Virus record (IMG/VR): IMGVR_UViG_3300037067_009128
Location: 1-64,000 of that record
DNA from: a virus
Lineage: Duplodnaviria; Caudoviricetes
Direction: 5' to 3' (one strand)
Length of the DNA: 64,000 bases
Below the pieces are notes generated by a model. That model did no database searches. It was given only the letters and a program-made list of their open reading frames with translations, and had not been told where the DNA came from. Below are positions 7,936 through 18,475 of the stretch, one piece after another. Both the position numbers and the translations under genes were made by a program. The stretch's first letter is position 1; every line of letters starts with the position of its first letter.

Positions 7936-9081
7936 ATGAGAAATAATTGGGAAGATGTTTACGCTCTTGAGATATTCCCTTCAGGTACAACTTTAACACA
8001 GATTGTAGCTGGAGATCCAGTATTTGATGGAGTAACAACTAAAGGTGTTAGAGGTATTGTAGGCAATGCTTCTAAATGTATTTATAACTTAATTCCTGAA
8101 GGAGAACATCCTACAATAAAAGCTTCTACGGGGTTAGTTCAAAGTGATTTAGCAATAGGTAAATCATTAGATAATGTAGCATCATACACAGCTGTTACAA
8201 AAAAACCTGACAATCAAACATTTAATGTTTTGTATAATGCAAATAATTTATCTGCATTCTTTAAATTATTCTTTCAATCAGGAATTTCAATTGCAGCTGG
8301 GACTACTAATACTGCTCTTCAAATAATGACTTGTACTCCTTATCTCGATTCTGCACCAGTTCAGTATGGTAATTATATAAGATTTATGCAAAATTCTGGA
8401 GAAAGTGACGAAGTTGATGAAGTATTTAAAGGTATTATTGTTAAGAAAATAACTCTGAAAAGTGAAGAAGGTGGAATTGTTAATGGTGATGTTGAATTGA
8501 TGGGTGCTGGATTCGACCAAGGTTCATTTGCTGGAGCAGCAAGTACTGGTAAATTAGCAAAATGTCAACCATTTGATCCTATTATTCCTTTAAGATTTGA
8601 AGATTTAACAGTTGTATTAGGGACTTCTACAATTTCTATTCCTAAATTTGAATTAACATTTGAAAATAATGCTATTGCTCATTATTATAATGAAACAGCA
8701 GCAAAGATTATAGCATTAGGTAAACTCCAAGTTTCTGGCACAATGAGTATTCCTTGGAATGATACTTCAAGTGAAGGTAAGAATAAACAAATTACCGATT
8801 ATATTGCAAATCTTGACAAGAGCTTAAGACTCATTTGGGGTAATCCATTGGGTTCAGGTTCTTTAGAAGTTGATGTTTTAGCAGCTGATGCTAAGAATTT
8901 AATTTCTAATAATTATCTTGCAATAGATCTTAATATAAAAATTACTGATTATAATATGTCAGATATTGATGGCTTACCTATGATAGATATCACATTCAGT
9001 TCTGTACAAGATGAAGATGATACTAATGGTACTGTTACAGTTAGATTAGGTTATGCTATTGCTAATAATTCTTGGTCATAA
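7936..9081 (+). CDS. Major tail tube protein
   Basis: FKGIIVKKITLK, KFELTFENN, GKLQVSGTMSI beta pattern; precedes the chaperone and tape measure genes. Confidence 0.75.
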   Translation: MRNNWEDVYALEIFPSGTTLTQIVAGDPVFDGVTTKGVRGIVGNASKCIYNLIPEGEHPTIKASTGLVQSDLAIGKSLDNVASYTAVTKKPDNQTFNVLYNANNLSAFFKLFFQSGISIAAGTTNTALQIMTCTPYLDSAPVQYGNYIRFMQNSGESDEVDEVFKGIIVKKITLKSEEGGIVNGDVELMGAGFDQGSFAGAASTGKLAKCQPFDPIIPLRFEDLTVVLGTSTISIPKFELTFENNAIAHYYNETAAKIIALGKLQVSGTMSIPWNDTSSEGKNKQITDYIANLDKSLRLIWGNPLGSGSLEVDVLAADAKNLISNNYLAIDLNIKITDYNMSDIDGLPMIDITFSSVQDEDDTNGTVTVRLGYAIANNSWS

Positions 9082-9113
9082 AAACTTATAAACTATCTAA
9101 AAAGGAGATATAA

Positions 9114-9542
9114 ATGATAAAAGGTATAAATAAAAAATCTATTCAATATGTTTTAGAGGATGATAGAAATTCACCTCTAGATCAGCAAACTGTTTTTAGT
9201 ATAAGACCAAAAACAGGTCATGATTCAAATCAAACTCTACAAAGATATGCTGCAGCAGCTAAAGAAGGTAGAGGTGGAAAAAGAGAAATTAATGTTAATA
9301 AACTCGATTCTGCAGATGTTGAAGAGTTCTTAAATATTGTTGAGAAAGTTGAAAATTATGGATTCCCTGAAGGGAATAAATTCTATAATGATGGTCAACC
9401 TCAAACTTTTGAAGGGTCAGAAAAAGAAAAGATGATTGAAGTAGTCAATACTTTATCTTCTGATTATCTTCAAGAAGTCTTTGAGGCTGCTAATAATCTT
9501 AGTAGATTAAAGGAAGGCCAAAAAAAAGGCTTCAGCTCTTAA
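9114..9542 (+). CDS. Tail assembly chaperone (G)
   Basis: Between tail tube and tape measure; ends in slippery A AAA AAA. Confidence 0.8.
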   Translation: MIKGINKKSIQYVLEDDRNSPLDQQTVFSIRPKTGHDSNQTLQRYAAAAKEGRGGKREINVNKLDSADVEEFLNIVEKVENYGFPEGNKFYNDGQPQTFEGSEKEKMIEVVNTLSSDYLQEVFEAANNLSRLKEGQKKGFSS

Positions 9543-10099
9543 CATGGTTCTTTCTTTTTAAGAATGAGAAAAAAGAACTTAGAACTGGTTATGATTGTTC
9601 TTTATGTACAAATGAAAAAAATCAATGGTTTAAAAAGAGAGCATGTTTCCACCAAGATTATGGTCAAGAAATATACTCTCTTGAATTTCCAGTCATTGAT
9701 GAAGAAAGTAGAAGACCAACTGGGAGTGTTATTCAGGTTGTTAATTTAGAAGATGTTCTTGAATGGCTTTATGATTTAAATGAAAAATATTATCCTGATA
9801 CATCTCCTTTTGAACTTCTAAGAAGATTCTTCCCATCTGGAAAAAAAGAAATATGTCTTACAGCTTTTGTAACTTTCGATTTAGGTTCTTTGATAGATTT
9901 AGAAGATAGTTGTTTTAGTTATCATTGTTTACCTTATGAAGGCGGATTATTGGATCAGCCTTTATATTTAATAGAAGCTTTTAATGTTATACGTTCAGAA
10001 AAGAATAAATATGATAATAAAAAGTTTGAAGATGGATTAAAAGATATTAAAAGTAATACTGGAAATGTTCCAGTAATTACTCCACCAAAAAGAAGATAA
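9114..10099 (+). CDS. Tail assembly chaperone G-T fusion via programmed -1 frameshift at 9521-9527 (about 328 aa)
   Basis: The -1 frame is open from 9506 to 10099 (RLQLLTWFF...YDCSLC...LPYEGGLLDQP) and has no ATG start. Confidence 0.85.
9521..9527 (+). promoter_or_regulatory. -1 ribosomal slippery site A AAA AAA
   Basis: CAA AAA AAA GGC in frame of the 9114 ORF, inside the 9506-9542 two-frame overlap. Confidence 0.8.
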
Positions 10100-10974
10100 T
10101 GAATAAAAGAAAACTCATATTAAGGCTTAATTTTAAAAATGGAAATTATGAAGAATCTTCTAAAAAAGAATTAGAACAGATTTTTTCAAATATTAAACAA
10201 GAATTTGATAAAAAGCAACAATCTATTATAAATACAGTCTCAAACGGGCCAAGTTTAGATAAGACATTCAGAGTTTTTACAAATAATTTCATCAAAAAGG
10301 TAAAATCACGATTCTATAGGACTCCTATAGAATGGCCTGCATTAAAACCAATGACAATAAAAGAGAGAAAATATCAAAAAAATCCTGAATTGTTTGAAAG
10401 AGAAATTTATAAATTTTGGCCTAGATATAAGAAAGACGAATTCCCTTCAATGGGATTTCCTAATACAATGTTAGGAGCTGCAACAGATGTTACTCCATCT
10501 TTATTAAGATCTGGAGCACTTTCAAGATGTTTTAATATTTACTATGATAGGAAAAAAGCTCAAAAGAAAGTGACAGGGAATACTTTTGTTATTCAAAGAT
10601 ATAGAACTTTAAGAAGTGAAATTAAAAGATTTCCTTATGCTAGTTTACAATTCCTCGGTGGAATTGGAACTGTATTTGGGTTAAAAAAGACAACAAATAA
10701 AAGTGATGGGTCAGAAGGGAAACAGATTTACATTCCTATACCACATGCATTTTTAAACACTATTAAATCAAATAGAAAAGTATTAGAAGAAGGTGGATTT
10801 AGAATTGAAGAAAGTAAAGTGAATGTTCCTCCAAGAAATCCATTCTTTTTTGATAAAGATGATATTAATCTTTTTAATAATTTACTTGTAAGATTAAGTT
10901 CTGATATAAGTAATGACTTAAAAAGTTCAGTATCAGGTATGAATAATTCATCATCTGTAAATCTTCAAGTTTAA
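10099..10974 (+). CDS. Virion morphogenesis / tail completion protein (Mu gpG / P2 gpS-like)
   Basis: EWPALKPMTIKER, LLRSGALSR, PYASLQFLGG, VPPRNPFF. Confidence 0.7.
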   Translation: MNKRKLILRLNFKNGNYEESSKKELEQIFSNIKQEFDKKQQSIINTVSNGPSLDKTFRVFTNNFIKKVKSRFYRTPIEWPALKPMTIKERKYQKNPELFEREIYKFWPRYKKDEFPSMGFPNTMLGAATDVTPSLLRSGALSRCFNIYYDRKKAQKKVTGNTFVIQRYRTLRSEIKRFPYASLQFLGGIGTVFGLKKTTNKSDGSEGKQIYIPIPHAFLNTIKSNRKVLEEGGFRIEESKVNVPPRNPFFFDKDDINLFNNLLVRLSSDISNDLKSSVSGMNNSSSVNLQV

Positions 10975-10983
10975 GGTTTAGAA

Positions 10984-13900
10984 ATGACAACAAAAGAATC
11001 AATGAAATATGAATTCTTATTTGAAGGTAAAGGTAACTTTTCTGATGTATCAAAAAAGATAACTGACTTAAAAAATAAAATCAAACAAACTATTAATGAA
11101 AACTTTAAACTTGAGAAAATGGGTTCTAAAAGTGGAAGTCATTCTAGTACAAGTATGTTTCTTGGCTCATCAGAAAAATATAAGGATGATAAAGCAAAAC
11201 AAGATTATATATTAAAAACTGAACAAATGAGAGGTTCTACTACTGGATTTAGACATGAAGTTGGTAGTTTAAGAAATATATTATTATTGTATGCATTTGC
11301 ATTGGGGGGAGTTGTTTCTGCTTTTAAAGGATTTTTTGAGATTGTAGTGACAACAGATAATGCAATGAAGTCTTTAAGATCAGTTGCTGCTAATACAGGT
11401 TTAGCATTTGAAAGACTTCAAACATTAACTACAGGATTTGAAGATAAAGGCATAATGTCCATAGGTGGAAGTTCTGCTGCAGTAAAGAATCTTTCAGCGA
11501 CAAAACTTTCAATTTCTGAAACAACCGATGTATTGAATGCATTAACTGATGCAGCAGCATTCAATAGACAAGGTACTTTAGGTTGGGAAGAATCAGTTGT
11601 TGGTGCAACCCAAGGTATTAAAAACTTTAATTCCATTATGGTAGATAACGCAGGTATAACGAAGAACATTTCTGTGATGTCGAGAGAGTATGCTAATACT
11701 ATTGGTAAAACTGTTGGGAAATTATTAGAAACTGAGAAGAGGCAAGCATTAGTAAATGGAATTATTTCTGAAGCAGCAATTTTTGCAGGAGATGCACAAA
11801 GAGCAATGAGTTCTTATCAGGGACAAATTTCAAAGTTTAATATTGAAGTTTTGAAAATGAAAAGAGTCATGGGTAATATGATTGCTCCTGATATTGTTGA
11901 TATGATAGAACAAATCTTTAAATATTTAAATTCATTCGATCCTGAAAAAATAAGAACTGGATTAACAACTGTTTTAACTATAGCAAAGAATTTATTAGGA
12001 ATAGTTTTGTTATTATCCAATACGCTCATGAATTTCTTAAATATACTCAATTTTGTAGGTGGTTCATCAATAATTCCTTTATTAACTCAATTTGCCTTAT
12101 TTTTAACTATTGGGAAAAAATTAACTGGCTATTTTTCTGGTTTGAGAGAAAAGTTTAATTTCAAAGGTGCAGAAGCAAGTTTTATGAGTAATAAAGGTCA
12201 ATTATTATATCTTGCTACTACTCAAAAAGTTGTTTCAACTGAAAAACAAGGTCTTGATCTTGCAAGACAAAAATATACTATACAACAAGTGATGGGAAAT
12301 ATTTTAAAAAGAGATGCTGAGGTTCAAGGAACATCTAATGCATTTATAAAAGAAGGGATTAACTTAAGATTAAAAGAATTAAGTGTATTAGCTAAACAAG
12401 GTGATATGCAAGCTAAACTTGAAATTATGAGAATTAAAGAACAAGCTCGTTTATCGGGGTTTGGAATTGCTAAATCTAATTTTAGTGATAAGTCTGGTAC
12501 AAATTATAGAATAGTTGAACCTGGGGGTAAAGCTCCAGCAGGATTTTCAACTAAAGGTCAAAAAGGAATATTACCTTCAGAAGGAGTTTATGCTAATTTG
12601 GGATTAGGGCAAAAATTAGCAGTAAACTTTTCAAAGATTACATCTGAGATTAAAATAAGTGGTATCGCTTTTAAAGAATTTTGGAATAATACTCAAGGTT
12701 TACTTATTAAAGCTACAGGAAGAGTTGATAATTTTAGTAAAGCATGGGCATCTGCAAAAGTGGGAATGGTATCATTTGGTAATGCAGCTAAAATAGTTTT
12801 ATCAGGTGTATTTAGTATGATAACATCATTGTTATCATACATAATGGTTATTGTATTAGTTTATGAATTAATCTCCAGTGTATTCACAAAAATTAAAGAA
12901 AAAAATAAGGCTTTAGAAGAAGCTTATAAGAATTTAAAGATTGAACAGAAAAGTATTTATGAATTAAATAAAAAAACTTTACAATTAAGTAATCAAATGT
13001 TCAATTCTAATTTTACATTAGGGTATTTATATTCTAAAAATGGTGATGTATTATCAGTTGTACAAGATAAACTTGAAACTAACAATGAATCACTTAAAGA
13101 TGCTATTGCTTTATATGGTGAAATGATAAAGAAAGGTGAATCAGGTGAGATATTAACAAATCAATTAGACAGGATTACATCATTAAGAGAGAAAGAAAAT
13201 GAGTATATAAATGAAATACAAACAAGAATAGATAGTTTTAAAGAAAGCCTTTCCAACACAATAAGTATGTTTGCTGAATTAGCAAGTGAAGGAGCTGGAG
13301 CTTGGGGTTCAGTATTTACTTCATTAGATAAATTTTATGAACAAAAGAATGATTTATTAAGAGATAGTCAAAATATCAATGCTATGGGAGTTGAGAATTT
13401 ATATTTTAATGCTCAAAAATTATTAACTGAAAGATATTATAATGAAGTACAAAAAGTTACTTTAGAAGGTGAAAAGAAAATTTCTCAAATAATTGCTCAA
13501 TCTCAAGAACAAAGATTAAAAGGTCAAATAGATTCATTTGCTACTCAATTATTAAATATTAAACAGAGTTATGAAAATCAAAAAAGAGAAATTCAGTTTC
13601 AATTAAGAAGTTTAGCTCTTGAAAAAGCTAATTTATTAAACTCTATTAAAACAAAAGAAATAGAATTAACATTACGACAAATTGAATTAGAAGATCAATT
13701 AGGACAGACTAGAGCTCAAGCAGCAAGAAATCAGTTTGATGTATTAAGTTCTAAATCGGGGTTAACTAATGAAATATTCTCTAGAATGTTTTCAAAGAAT
13801 CAAGACTTCTTTGGTGGAACATTAATGAAAATTAATGTTGGAGATTCAAAGATTCCTCAATGGGTTGAAATTCAAGAAAAACAAGTAGATGAAGGATTTG

Positions 13901-15996
13901 ATAAGTTAAGAAGTACAATAGTTTCTAAAGGTATTGTTATACAAAAAGATCTTGATGCATTCTTAAAAAACTTTAAAGACTTCTCACTATCAGAAGAACA
14001 ATTAAATAATATGGCCCCTGAACAAATTATAGACCATATTTCTGAATTAAGTAAACAAAGATTCCAAAATTTAGATTTTATAAGTTCAAATAAAAATTGG
14101 TTTTTAAAAAGTTTTGATACAATTAAAGATTCCGATATTAGAAATAAGATTAAAGAAAAATATGCTCAAATATTTGATACTATGACTACAGAATTATCTG
14201 GAAAATTAAAATATTATCAAGATTTAACTAATCAGATTTTATCTATGAAAAATCTTAAAGATGTTAAGAATGAATTTGCTAAGATAAATAAAGAAGCTAT
14301 TGGATTAGCAAATGAAACTCAAGGTGCAACTAATAAACTTTTATCAGAGGTTAGTAAAGCAGAAGTCAAAGAATTGGCTATGATGTTCTACAACCTAAAT
14401 AATCTAAACAAAGAAACTATTACATATAATAAAAATATTGGAATTCTTCAAGGCTCAAATAGTGATTATAATGGAGTTTTAAAACAAGGAATAGATTTAA
14501 TTGATAAAGTAGCTGATTCATATTTAAATAGTAATATTGCTATTGAAGAGAATAGACGTACATTAAAAGACTCATTAACAGGACTATCTCAATCATTTGG
14601 TGGAGAGATTCCTCTTATGAAAGAATTTAATGGTATATTTAAAGAACTTGGTTTAAACATTGAATTGAAAAATATAGATGAGTTTGTTGATTATATTAGT
14701 AAAATTGAAGTTCAAAAATCTCAACTAAATGGATTAAACGTACTAACTTCTGAATTAATTAGAATTTCCAATGAGTTACCAGGTGTTTCAAGAGAATTAA
14801 GGATATTTGATTATTTAACAAAAGCTGGATTCAGTACCTCTGAGATTCAAAATTATACTGAATCCGTAATGCAACTTGATGATTTTTTAAAGAAATTAAA
14901 GTTTACTTATGATGAATTAGGTCCTAGTTCAAAAGGAGCAATAAAGATTTTAACTACAGATTTTGTTAATAAGATAAGAAAATCATCATCAGAAGTTATT
15001 ACTGAAACAGGTAAGATTGTTACAGAGGTTAAAGCTGCTCAAGCAGAATATTCTGGAAAATATGAATCATTCTTTGATAATATGTTTGGAGTTCCAAAAG
15101 ATAAGCTTAACTCAATCAAAGCTGAAATGTCTCAAGCTGTTAAAACTATTCAAGACCAAATTAATATTACAAAATCTAATAAACTTAGTTACGGGTATCT
15201 TACATTAAATTCAGCTGATCCTGAAGTATTAAAAGCATTTGATGATAAGATAAAAAACTTAACAGATCAGCAAAAATCTACATTAGATAAATTCATTGTT
15301 CAAGCAAAAACAGAATGGCAAGATTACTTTAATTGGATCTCTGAAAATTTTGAGAAAATGGGATATGATATAGGTGATACATTATTCAATCAATTACCCG
15401 AATTAGCTAGAGATAAAGAAGACTTTTTGAAAGAACAAGAAGATTTATTTAGAAAAGGTGAAATAGATGAAATGGAACATGGAAGAAGAGTATTAGAGAT
15501 TAACAAGTACTTTTCTGACCAAGTCAATAATGCTTGGAAAAAAGCAATGGGTTCAATTTTATCTAATTTTGCTCAAATGATTTCTCAAGTAATCCAACAA
15601 TCTGTTATTAATAATATTGTTAATAAAATAGGTGACAAAGGCTTATTCAGTGGTATTGGTAATTTATTTAGTTTAGATGCTTTAGGTGGAATGGCTTTAT
15701 CTGCAGGAATAGGATTTGGATTATCAGCTTTAGAAAATGCATTTGCATCACATGACGAAGCACCTACATTTGAGTCTCCAGAAAAAGATAAACTTGAGAA
15801 ATTTGGAGGTGGAATAAAAGCTGAAGATCTTGAGATTCACATCTCACCTACATTTATTATTGAGGGTGAACAAATTTTTATAGGGTCAGGATCTGTTGTT
15901 GAGTTTGTTGATGAGGCTACTAGTTTAATGAAAAATTCAATACAACAAGCTATTGATAATAGAGAAATTGATTTATCAGCAATTAAGAGAGTATAA
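10984..15996 (+). CDS. Tape measure protein
   Basis: 1670 aa, helical; DAAAFNRQG..EESVVGATQGIKN..MVDNAGITKN motif; central hydrophobic segments. Confidence 0.9.
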   Translation: MTTKESMKYEFLFEGKGNFSDVSKKITDLKNKIKQTINENFKLEKMGSKSGSHSSTSMFLGSSEKYKDDKAKQDYILKTEQMRGSTTGFRHEVGSLRNILLLYAFALGGVVSAFKGFFEIVVTTDNAMKSLRSVAANTGLAFERLQTLTTGFEDKGIMSIGGSSAAVKNLSATKLSISETTDVLNALTDAAAFNRQGTLGWEESVVGATQGIKNFNSIMVDNAGITKNISVMSREYANTIGKTVGKLLETEKRQALVNGIISEAAIFAGDAQRAMSSYQGQISKFNIEVLKMKRVMGNMIAPDIVDMIEQIFKYLNSFDPEKIRTGLTTVLTIAKNLLGIVLLLSNTLMNFLNILNFVGGSSIIPLLTQFALFLTIGKKLTGYFSGLREKFNFKGAEASFMSNKGQLLYLATTQKVVSTEKQGLDLARQKYTIQQVMGNILKRDAEVQGTSNAFIKEGINLRLKELSVLAKQGDMQAKLEIMRIKEQARLSGFGIAKSNFSDKSGTNYRIVEPGGKAPAGFSTKGQKGILPSEGVYANLGLGQKLAVNFSKITSEIKISGIAFKEFWNNTQGLLIKATGRVDNFSKAWASAKVGMVSFGNAAKIVLSGVFSMITSLLSYIMVIVLVYELISSVFTKIKEKNKALEEAYKNLKIEQKSIYELNKKTLQLSNQMFNSNFTLGYLYSKNGDVLSVVQDKLETNNESLKDAIALYGEMIKKGESGEILTNQLDRITSLREKENEYINEIQTRIDSFKESLSNTISMFAELASEGAGAWGSVFTSLDKFYEQKNDLLRDSQNINAMGVENLYFNAQKLLTERYYNEVQKVTLEGEKKISQIIAQSQEQRLKGQIDSFATQLLNIKQSYENQKREIQFQLRSLALEKANLLNSIKTKEIELTLRQIELEDQLGQTRAQAARNQFDVLSSKSGLTNEIFSRMFSKNQDFFGGTLMKINVGDSKIPQWVEIQEKQVDEGFDKLRSTIVSKGIVIQKDLDAFLKNFKDFSLSEEQLNNMAPEQIIDHISELSKQRFQNLDFISSNKNWFLKSFDTIKDSDIRNKIKEKYAQIFDTMTTELSGKLKYYQDLTNQILSMKNLKDVKNEFAKINKEAIGLANETQGATNKLLSEVSKAEVKELAMMFYNLNNLNKETITYNKNIGILQGSNSDYNGVLKQGIDLIDKVADSYLNSNIAIEENRRTLKDSLTGLSQSFGGEIPLMKEFNGIFKELGLNIELKNIDEFVDYISKIEVQKSQLNGLNVLTSELIRISNELPGVSRELRIFDYLTKAGFSTSEIQNYTESVMQLDDFLKKLKFTYDELGPSSKGAIKILTTDFVNKIRKSSSEVITETGKIVTEVKAAQAEYSGKYESFFDNMFGVPKDKLNSIKAEMSQAVKTIQDQINITKSNKLSYGYLTLNSADPEVLKAFDDKIKNLTDQQKSTLDKFIVQAKTEWQDYFNWISENFEKMGYDIGDTLFNQLPELARDKEDFLKEQEDLFRKGEIDEMEHGRRVLEINKYFSDQVNNAWKKAMGSILSNFAQMISQVIQQSVINNIVNKIGDKGLFSGIGNLFSLDALGGMALSAGIGFGLSALENAFASHDEAPTFESPEKDKLEKFGGGIKAEDLEIHISPTFIIEGEQIFIGSGSVVEFVDEATSLMKNSIQQAIDNREIDLSAIKRV

Positions 15997-15999
15997 TAT

Positions 16000-17505
16000 A
16001 TGAACCAAGGACATTCATTTCAACTTGGAGTTGCAGTACAATTAAGGAATAATCATTTTACATTAGGTAAAATTATAAAAGGTCAATTAACAGAGGGTTT
16101 AATACCTAATGCAATTCAAATGAAATATTCTAATGTTTTATATCCAGGATTTAATAATAATGTACAAGCAAGAGACTCTGTTCTTTTAGGGCCTTCAAGT
16201 CATTCATCTTCAGTAGGTGAAAGTGAACATGTTGAAGTTTCTGGAGTTGAACCTTGGAACTCTTCAGTATATAAAATTCAATTTAAATTCAAGAATAATA
16301 AATATACATATAATGTTGGTGATTTATTTACTGTTTATAGTACAGGATTAGCAGGAGGTTGGGAAATCCCATTAACTTCTATAGACTACATACAAGCTGA
16401 AGGTATTGTTACTGGTTTAGTTTCAGTTCAAGAAATAATGGGATTTAATTTAACAACAGGTACACTGGGAGTTAATCAATATAAAGCATATGGTTCAAAT
16501 CCATCAGGTTATTTTAGGTGTAAAGTAGATTCAAATAATTGGGCTTATGGAATAGATTTAATAAACTCTCAATTAGAGTATATTATTAATCCATTGAATA
16601 GTGGATTAATAGATTTTGCAGTAAAAGATGTAACTCAAACTTCTTCTACAATATATGTTCAAAAAGGAACTTGGCATAAAGGGGGATGGAGAAAAGAAAA
16701 TTCTCAAAGATTAAGAATTAAACTCTGGGAGAACATTCCAGATTTAACTTTATTAAAACAACCTATTCTGTCTCAAGGTACATACACATCAAGTGATTTA
16801 GCAAGAAAATCAATGTTAATTCCTTATCAGTATTATAGGATTGGTGGAAAAATCTTTTTACAAAATATTAATTCTTCTAAACAATATAACACTGATTATA
16901 ACTTACATTTGAAACTTTGTAATAATGAAAATTATAGAAGTACAGATGAAATAATATCTGTTGATATGTTAGATGGAAATCCTAATAACGTAGGCAAATG
17001 GTTTGAGTTCTCAACATTAAGTTTACTTAAATCAGGAGTTTCTAATACAAGTGCTCCATCTTTATTTGTTTCACTTGAAAATAAAATGAGTGGTTCTTCT
17101 TATGTAGGTGATGTTGTTTTATATATAGATGAGTTATGGGTTGAACATGCAGGAGGAATTAATAATGCTCAAACAGACGGTTGTTTAGATTTTGAAAGAT
17201 ATAGTGTTTGGCCTGAACAAGGAAGTTTAGAGTTTTCTAAAATACAATCATCAAATTCTCAAAATTTGTATTTCAATGATGAGAAAATCTTATTTAAAGC
17301 TAGATTGAATTATGTAAATCAAGCATTTTGGGATCAATTAGAAATACTTTTAGACTGGCAAAAAAGAGGATACTATTTAAACTTCCATTCTTACATAAAT
17401 GATATGCCTTATGTGATAACAGGAAAATTAAATATTAAAGATATTAAAAAAGATTCATGGGATTTAACTATTAGAAGTTTTACTATGGAATTTCAAGAGG
17501 TATAA
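16000..17505 (+). CDS. Distal tail-type protein with probable carbohydrate-binding insertions
   Basis: Directly after tape measure; beta-rich; VLYIDELWVE CBM-like end; C-terminal FTMEFQEV. Confidence 0.5.
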   Translation: MNQGHSFQLGVAVQLRNNHFTLGKIIKGQLTEGLIPNAIQMKYSNVLYPGFNNNVQARDSVLLGPSSHSSSVGESEHVEVSGVEPWNSSVYKIQFKFKNNKYTYNVGDLFTVYSTGLAGGWEIPLTSIDYIQAEGIVTGLVSVQEIMGFNLTTGTLGVNQYKAYGSNPSGYFRCKVDSNNWAYGIDLINSQLEYIINPLNSGLIDFAVKDVTQTSSTIYVQKGTWHKGGWRKENSQRLRIKLWENIPDLTLLKQPILSQGTYTSSDLARKSMLIPYQYYRIGGKIFLQNINSSKQYNTDYNLHLKLCNNENYRSTDEIISVDMLDGNPNNVGKWFEFSTLSLLKSGVSNTSAPSLFVSLENKMSGSSYVGDVVLYIDELWVEHAGGINNAQTDGCLDFERYSVWPEQGSLEFSKIQSSNSQNLYFNDEKILFKARLNYVNQAFWDQLEILLDWQKRGYYLNFHSYINDMPYVITGKLNIKDIKKDSWDLTIRSFTMEFQEV

Positions 17506-18474
17506 ATGGGTTCTACTGTTAGTATTCAACAATTTAGAGAAGCTATTCTTGATGTATTAGGTTATAATCCTAGAAAAGAAAGGTATACCCATGATCATCA
17601 ATCTGCAGGACTATTTAATGCTTCAGGTGAAAAAATTGCAAAAATTAATGTAAAATTTTTCATACAAGAAGATGGTGGATCTTGGGATGATTTAATTAAA
17701 CCTGAATTTATATGGGATTTTAAAAAAATAAATGCTGGATATGTTATTGATGATGGAAAAAATACTACTCATTTAGATTTAAAAGCAAATAGTGCAAAAG
17801 AAACTTCTGATGGGATTTATTTTATAGGCCATCAGCGTTCTTATTTAGAATCAAGATCACTTTTTAATTTTAATTCTTTGGATAGAACTTATATTTTATT
17901 TAATGCTTGGTTTACTCCACAATACAATACCCTATCTAATCCAGGTCAAATAATATCAATTCAAGATTCACTTGGTAATATTTATTTTAGTGTATCTCTT
18001 GTTAATAGAAGTACTACAGAATATATCATAGAATGTACTGATTATATAGGAAGTACAAAATCTATTAGAGATATAGGAGAAACTCTCTTATTTAACTTTA
18101 AACAAAATATCCAAATCTATTACTGTTCTAATACTATTAAAGTCTATTTAAATGGTAATTTAATATGTAATTTTAGTGGGGGTTTATTAAATTTTGAAAA
18201 TCCTTCTCTGGTTAATTTTGGTCAGTATTATAGAGGAGAGATAAGTTATATCACAATGAATTTTAACAGTACTGAGATTTTAACACCTATTATACAAAAA
18301 ATGTTTAAATTCAAATATCCATTACCTAGACAAAAAGAGTATGTAGATTTATCAGAAATATTCGAAACTAATGGTAAGAATCTTTTTATTGAAGCAAAAA
18401 GTATCTCAAAAGCTATTGAATCAATTAAAGGTCACTTATATATGAAAACTAATTCAATAAAATTAAGGAATTAA
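17506..18474 (+). CDS. Tail protein with LamG/ConA-like domain
   Basis: FNAWFTP, IKVYLNG, YYRGEISY LamG-type pattern. Confidence 0.55.
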   Translation: MGSTVSIQQFREAILDVLGYNPRKERYTHDHQSAGLFNASGEKIAKINVKFFIQEDGGSWDDLIKPEFIWDFKKINAGYVIDDGKNTTHLDLKANSAKETSDGIYFIGHQRSYLESRSLFNFNSLDRTYILFNAWFTPQYNTLSNPGQIISIQDSLGNIYFSVSLVNRSTTEYIIECTDYIGSTKSIRDIGETLLFNFKQNIQIYYCSNTIKVYLNGNLICNFSGGLLNFENPSLVNFGQYYRGEISYITMNFNSTEILTPIIQKMFKFKYPLPRQKEYVDLSEIFETNGKNLFIEAKSISKAIESIKGHLYMKTNSIKLRN

Positions 18475-18475
18475 A

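Noticed and set aside
9564-9749. 61-aa ORF in the ORF track
   Set aside because: Shadow frame; the region is explained by the -1 frameshift extension of the tail chaperone
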